Assembly: GCF_009914755.1 (NCBI RefSeq) | Contig: NC_060932.1 | DNA from: the human T2T-CHM13v2.0 reference genome, Homo sapiens | Strand: one strand, 5' to 3' | Length of the DNA: 64,000 nt | Part shown: positions 57,403 through 64,000 of the stretch, piece by piece | Position numbering within the stretch: the first letter of the stretch is position 1 | Layout: each line of letters opens with the position of its first letter | Translations under genes and position numbers: made by a program | The notes under the pieces: generated by a model | Database searches by the model: none | What the model was told of the DNA's origin: nothing | Seen by the model: only the letters and a program-made list of their open reading frames with translations

Positions 57403-57685
57403 TTAAAGAATGGTCAAGGTTTATGGACAGGCAATTCACAGAAGATAAACTCCAAATGGTCAATTAGTATATAAAAAGATGCTCATACTTACTAGTAATC
57501 AGGGAATTGTAAATCAATACTTCAATAAGATATTTTACATCCACCATATTGGCAAAAATTAAAATGTCTGACAATACTAAATGTTGGCCAGAATATGAAA
57601 AATGCAAACTTTCATCCTTGTTGGTGAGAGTGCCCATTGATACTTGGTATCAAACACTTTTGAGGTAAATCTGGCAGTATCTTAT

Positions 57686-58050
57686 TGCAATGAACTGAAT
57701 GTTTATGTCCCCCTAAAATTCATACACTGAAGTCCTAACCCCCAAGGTGATGGTGTTAGAAAGTGGGGTTTGGGGGAGGTGATTAGGTTGTAGTAAGGGC
57801 AGATCTCTCATGAATGGGATTAGTGCCCTTATAAAAGAGATCCCTGAGAGCTTGTTTGCCCTTTTCACCATGTGAAGACACAGCAAGAAGGCACCCTCTA
57901 TGAACCAGCAAGTGGTCCCTCACCAGATACTAGATCTGCTGGCACCTGGATCTGGGACTTCCCAGCTCCTAGAACTGTGAATAAATTTCTATTGTTTTTA
58001 AGCCACTCAGTCCATGATAATTTATCATAGCAGCCTGATGGACTAAGACA
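57686..58050 (+). mobile_element. MLT1A-type MaLR LTR
   Basis: tgcaatgaactgaatgtttatgtcccc...ggactaagaca; TSD cttat/cttaa. Confidence 0.9.
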
Positions 58051-60063
58051 CTTAAGAAACTCAAGATGGCCAAAGCCTATGACTCAGAAATTCTACTCCT
58101 AGGTAGACATCCTAGATAAACTCTTGCACCCCTGCCCAGCACAAAGAAATGACTGAAATAGCAAACAACCAAAAGCACAGTAACCTAATTGTCCATCAGC
58201 AGACATATAAATAAATAATATAATAGAGTCATATATGGAATAAATTACAGCAAAAAATGAACAAATAAACCAGAACTTCATGTGTTAGCATGATACATCT
58301 TTTTTAAAGTTTTATAATTAAAGCAAATCTCAGAAGGATATATACTACAATATTCCATTTAGATAAATATTGTAAATAAGTGAAACAACAAAATGTGTTG
58401 TATAGGGATTCTTGTAGATGTTATAAAAGTATAAAGACATCTAAAGGAATGGTAAACACCAAAGCCAGTTCAGTGGCTGACTCCAGGATGAAGGAGGCTA
58501 ATGTGATCTGAGAACAGTACCCAGAAGGCATTAACCATTCTAATAATATCTTATTTTTTTAAAACGGAGAGCTGGTAAACTGTTACTCACGATAATAATC
58601 TCTCTGCCTTCTGTATATTTGAACTATTTTATAATAAATTTAAAAAATGTATTTGGACTGATTGATCCAACTTAAAACGAGAGCAGTCACACAAGGGTTT
58701 ATGGGGCTCCTATTCCTGTGCCCTGCTTACATTAAAGTGGAGTTGGGGTTTCCTGTGCCCTTTCTGGGCTCAGAGGTGCCATGTGAATTCCTAGCATCCT
58801 TGCTGTATCTCTAGTTACCCTGTCTCCCTGGGCATATTCTCAGTGGACCTTAATAAGCACCCAGGCCAAAAACTTTGAAAGAAAATGTTTTACCTTTAGT
58901 GCTGGGCACAGTGGACAAGAAACTTTATCCTCCTTTGGGGAATAAAGGAGCTAGCAGGAGAAGGGGCTGTAAAGAGCAGAACAGGGCAAATAGATCTCAA
59001 CTTTGGCTCTCAGGCAGGCATTATTGCAGATTAACTGTTACTTCTCTGGCCAGAAAGAACACCAGGGCTTTGGGACTTTACATCAGGTATGTGAATAAAA
59101 CCAGTTTACTCACTCCACCTCAGGAGGCTAGTGGGCAAAATCTGCATTGCGTTATGTATGGTCCCTCTCCACATCATGTACTATGCACCTGTCTTTCTGC
59201 AACTGCCGAAGGTGGGAGTTGTCATAGTAAATCAGCAGGGCATTTTATTTGTCTCTTGACATGAGCTGTATAATAAGATGCGAACCCAGGGTCTGCTCCT
59301 GAAATCTGCCATCCCATCAGCCCTACTCCTTCTAAGGAAGAGTGCAGAGAGATTATAGGGTCACAGGAAACAAGAAGAGCTGCCACTAGAGCAGCTAATA
59401 AATAAGAGTAACGTGGGCCAGTGATGAGAACATACCATCCCTGGAGCTGCCAGAACAGCCCAGGAGGGGTGCTGCCAGCAGGATATTTGTTGAGCTTCTG
59501 TCCATTTGATCCCCAGACCAACTGACATTCCTTATAAAGGAACATCAGACCCTGCTCTCTGGTTTCCTCACCATCCTCACTTTAATACCAGAAACAGGTC
59601 AAATCTATATCTGGGCGAAACGGACTGGGTAACAAACCCAAGCACAAGACTTGGGAAAGACACTCTGAGCCTAGCTGATTTACTCTTTGGCATTAAGATT
59701 GTGGGGGCCCTTTGTTGGGGGTAGGGGGACTACTGTCCTGTCTTAAATGCACCTCGTTGGTTGTGGGATCCATTTCTGAGGTCTAGCTTCTGCCCTGAGG
59801 TGATTGGGGCCTGTAAGAAATAGTATCTCACAGTGAAAACCACCCAAAATCTACACTAATAAGAGCTTTCTTCTCATTTTTGTCTCAGAACAGCCCTAAG
59901 CCAATGGTGAGGGAGTGAGAAGAAGAGTGTAACCATCAAAGCAGATGAGAAAGAGTTGAGGGTTGCAGGAAGTGGGGAGGAAGCCCAAACAGTTGAGAGG
60001 TGAAACCTCTCTCTCTCACACTCACATACAGAGAAATCTCTCTCATGCAAACACATCTCTCTC

Positions 60064-60480
60064 TGTAGTAGTAGTAGTAGTAGGAGGAGGAGGAGGAGTA
60101 GTAGTAGCAGCAGTAGTAGTCCATTTTTATGCTGCTGAAAAGACATACCCAAGACTGGGCAATTTACAAAAGAAAGAGGTTTATAATGGACTTACAGTCC
60201 CACGTGGCTGGGGAAGCCTCACAATTATGGTGGAAGGCAAGGAGGAGCAAGTCACATCTTACATGGATGGCAGCAGGCAAAAAGAGAAAGCTTTGCAGGG
60301 GAACTCCTCTTTTTAAAACCATCAGATCTCTTGAGACTCATTCACTGTCATGAGAACAGCACAGGAAAGACCCGACCCCAAAATTCAATCACCTCCCACT
60401 GGGTTCCTCCCACGACACGTGGGAATTGTGGGAGTTACAATTCAAGATGAGATTTGGTGGGGACACAGCCAAACCATATC
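60064..60480 (-). mobile_element. THE1B-like solo LTR with a trinucleotide expansion in its terminus
   Basis: gtccatttttatgctgctgaaaagacatacccaagactggg...cacagccaaaccatatc. Confidence 0.92.
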
Positions 60481-60620
60481 CTCTCCTCCTCCTTCTTTTC
60501 CTCTTCTTCTTCTTACCCTCCTCCTCTCCTCCTCTTCCTCCTTCTTCTTCTTCCTCTTCCTCTTCTTCCTCTCCCTCCTCCTCCTTTTCACTCTCTCTCT
60601 CTCTCTCAGACACACACACA
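60481..60620. repeat. Polypyrimidine (CTT/CCT)n tract followed by (CT)n(CA)n
   Basis: Direct reading. Confidence 0.9.
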
Positions 60621-60689
60621 CACTTCTCTCTTATGCAAACACACCTCTCTTCCTCTGTCTCTCACACATACCCACCCCCTCTTCTGGCC

Positions 60690-60930
60690 TGGTGGTGAGG
60701 AGCATGGGCTCTGGCACTAGCTGGATTTGGATCCTGGCTATGCCACTTACCAGCTTGATGACTTTGGGCAAGTTATTAAGCCACTGAGGGCCCCAGTTTC
60801 CTCCTTCCCCAGAAAGAATAACAATAGAAATCTGGTACCTGCCTCATCCTCATTGCCAGGAAGATGAAATGAGTGAACGTGGGTTAAGCACTGAGTACTG
60901 GCATAGAACAAGTCCCATGTGATATGAGTA
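60690..60930 (+). mobile_element. MIR
   Basis: gagcatgggctctgg...ccacttaccagc...gactttgggcaagttattaa...cagtttcctc. Confidence 0.85.
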
Positions 60931-61404
60931 TCTGGTCAGTCAAGCAGTGAAGTATCCCATTCCTTATCCTCTCCCCACTTGTCTTCCTCAACTAGTCCCA
61001 GTAAGACTCCCAAACAGCCTTCTGGCTGCTCTGCCCACCTCTCCCTTAGGCAGGGAGAAAAGTGGGTGGATTAGGCTATCAGTCACCCCACTTCCTCCCC
61101 CAAGTTTTGGAACAATTGCAACCATGCCAGAAGGGGAGGTTCAAGACCCCCCTTGCCCCAGTCACCAAGTTTTTCAGTATCTTGCTCAGGATCATTGAAT
61201 GTGAGGGAACAAATGGCAGCTTGTGAGCATGGTCGGTTCACCTGTGCCCTAGCTGTGTTTGGGAAGAGCCAGGTAGAATCTATCCTGCTCTCTTTTACTG
61301 GCATTAGGTGAGCATTGTAGAAATGGCATGTGTCTGACCTCTTTCTATCACTGCCTTGCAGCCCTGATTGGGCAGGGGGTGGGGGTTGCCCCATTTCCCC
61401 AGAA

Positions 61405-61580
61405 ATATTGCTAATGGTTATTAAACAATTAATATGTGCCTGGCCCTACGTGAAACACTTTACATCTATATTATCTGTTTTAATCCTCCCAAGAACCCCT
61501 TGAGGTGGGTATTCATACTATGCCCATTTTACAAATGAGGTTAAATACAGATTAGGGAGCTTAAGTGACATACCAAGATC
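61405..61580 (-). mobile_element. MIR
   Basis: atgtgcctggcc...tttaatcctc...cccattttacaaatgagg. Confidence 0.8.
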
Positions 61581-61762
61581 TTACCTCTCTTACCCCCTTC
61601 ACATTTAGCCTTGGATTTGCTTGAATCTGTTCTGCTGGCCTCTCTGTCAGGGGTAGGGGGTGTTGAGGGAGGGTGTGGATCTTCTTCCTTTCCTTTCTAT
61701 TCATCATCGTGGCTTCCTGACAGCACATAAAATGTCTAGTATGGGGCTGAGAATGTAGTCAA

Positions 61763-62038
<276 letters not shown>

Positions 62039-62189
62039 ATGTAGTAAACTCTTAACAAATGCTAGCTATTATTGCTGTATAATATTTATTGACCACACTG
62101 GATTAGGCCCTGGGAGTGGGCAAAGGATATAACACCATCCTGACATCCAAGTACTTACATTCTAGTGTAGGGGAGAATGAGAGGGGCAA

Positions 62190-63322
62190 AAGATAGGAAC
62201 AGACACCTCATCAAAGATCTACAGATGGCAAATGAGCATATGAAAAAACGATCAACATCATGTGTCATGAGGAACTTACAAATTAAAACAACAGTGAGCT
62301 ATCCCTGCACATCTATAAGAGTGGCAAAAATCCAAAACACTGACAACACCAAATGCTGGTGAGGGCATGGAACAACGAAACTCTCACCCATTGCTTGTGA
62401 GAATGCAAAACGATACAGCCACTCTGAAGGAGAATTTGAAACTCTCTTACAAAACTAAACATACTCTTACCAAACAATCCATCTATCATGCTCATTGGCA
62501 TTTACCCAAAGGAGCTGAAACTTATGTCCACACAAAAACCTGCACATAAATGTTTATAGCAACTTTATTCATAATTGCCAGAGCTTGGAAGCAACCAAGA
62601 TATCCCCAGTAGGTAAATGGATAAACTGTGGTACATCCAGACAACCGCATATTATACAGTGCTAAAGAAAAATGAGGTATCAAACCATGAAAAGACATGG
62701 AGGAAATGTAAATGCATATTACTAAGTGAGAGATATAAATGTAATTGGCTTCTTTCACTTAGTAATATACACTTACATTTCATTTACTACTAATTACTAA
62801 TTACATTTCACTTATTACTAATTACTATTACATATTACTTATTACTAAGTGAAAGGCTACATACTGTATGATTCCAACATGAAATTTTGGAAAAGTATGG
62901 AGACAATAAAAAGATCAGTGGTTCACAGGGGTTAGGGGGAGGGAGGGATGAATAGGCAGAGCATAGAGGATTTTTAGGGCAGTGAGACTATTCTATATGG
63001 TGCTATAATGGTGGATACATGTCAATATAAATTTGTTTAAACCCATAGAAGGGACAACACCAAGAGTAAACCCTGAAATAAACTAGCGACTTTGGGTGAT
63101 AATGATGTGTCAGTGTCAGTGTAGGTTCATGAATGGTAACAAATGGTGGAGGATGTTGACAATGGGGGAGGCTATGCCTGTGTGGGGGCAGGGGATATAT
63201 GGGAACTCTCTGTATCTTCTGCTCAGTTCTTCTAAAAAAATTGTAGGTCCTAGTGAACCGAAAACTGGTAAATAAATAGATCTAAAATATAAAATAGACA
63301 TAAAATAAAGTCTATTTTTAAA
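62190..63322 (+). mobile_element. L1MC-type 3' end
   Basis: ORF 62177..62362 NRHLIKDLQMANEHMKKRSTS is the L1 ORF2 C-terminus; L1MC 3'UTR (gggcagtgagactattct...accaagagtaaaccct). Confidence 0.92.
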
Positions 63323-64000
63323 AGATGATGCAGGGTGGACATTGACATCAGGAGACCCTAGTTCTAGCCTTGCTGCTCTAAGACCTCGGAGTAATTATTT
63401 AATCATTTCTGAAAAATGAAGAAAAGGGACTTGATAAAATCATATCCCCCTTTAGCTCTAGATCTTGTATAATAAAAACTATATTCAGGAACTTGAGTCA
63501 TCCCACAAACATTTTGTCTTTGCCAAACTGAATCCTCTTTATATGTAACTTTCCCCTGTGTCTATGTCAAGAAAAGTTAATCAGATTATAATCACATCGT
63601 CATCAGATCTTTCTGCAATTGCTACTAGCACGTGGAGTACAGACTCCAGACAAAATTGCAATGGAAGCAAACATTCCTTTGTTGTTTCGTGGCTTCCCTT
63701 TCCGCCTCTCTTCCCTCACCATTTCGGTCTCCTGGGAGCCTAGAATCCTCATCCTCTTCCCTTCTCCTTTTTAAAGACCCACTGCCAGGAAATGTCTCTG
63801 TAGTCCTCTCAGATATGCTTCTCCCCATCCATGGAGAATTCTGACCCAGCTTTGTAAAGGCACCCATGGTATAAGGCATCTGATTCCTTGCCCAGCTCCT
63901 TTACCAGATTCTAAGCTCCTCAATGATAAGAACTATATCTCACTATGAGCACAGGCTCAGCTTATAGTTTCAAATAAGTCACTTCACATCAAAGGGCCCA

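Noticed and set aside
59874-60787. ORFs with poly-L/S/E/V tracts
   Set aside because: They are translations of microsatellites and a THE1 LTR.

Overview
This window looks like primate, most likely human, non-coding euchromatic DNA (intergenic or deep intronic). It is dominated by interspersed repeats: AluJ/S/Y, L1M-type LINE fragments, L2, CR1/L3, MIR, THE1/MLT1/ERVL solo LTRs, and Tigger/hAT DNA transposon relics. I see no credible protein-coding exon, RNA gene or CpG island; the ORF track is chance ORFs plus Alu- and L1-ORF2-derived frames. I cannot support a new biological system. The non-routine structure is a set of local rearrangements readable from the sequence: (i) a ~660-bp inverted duplication (37969-38632 / 39206-39862) whose junction scars suggest a ~1.2-kb inversion with a staggered-break duplication; (ii) a 143-bp copy of 34561-34703 inserted into an L1 at 30840-30982 between 16-bp direct repeats; (iii) an exact 32-bp copy of the left inverted-repeat arm patched into a MIR; (iv) several template-switch patchwork scars. 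Repeat subfamily names come from recalled consensus motifs, not a RepeatMasker run, and boundaries of old repeats are approximate.
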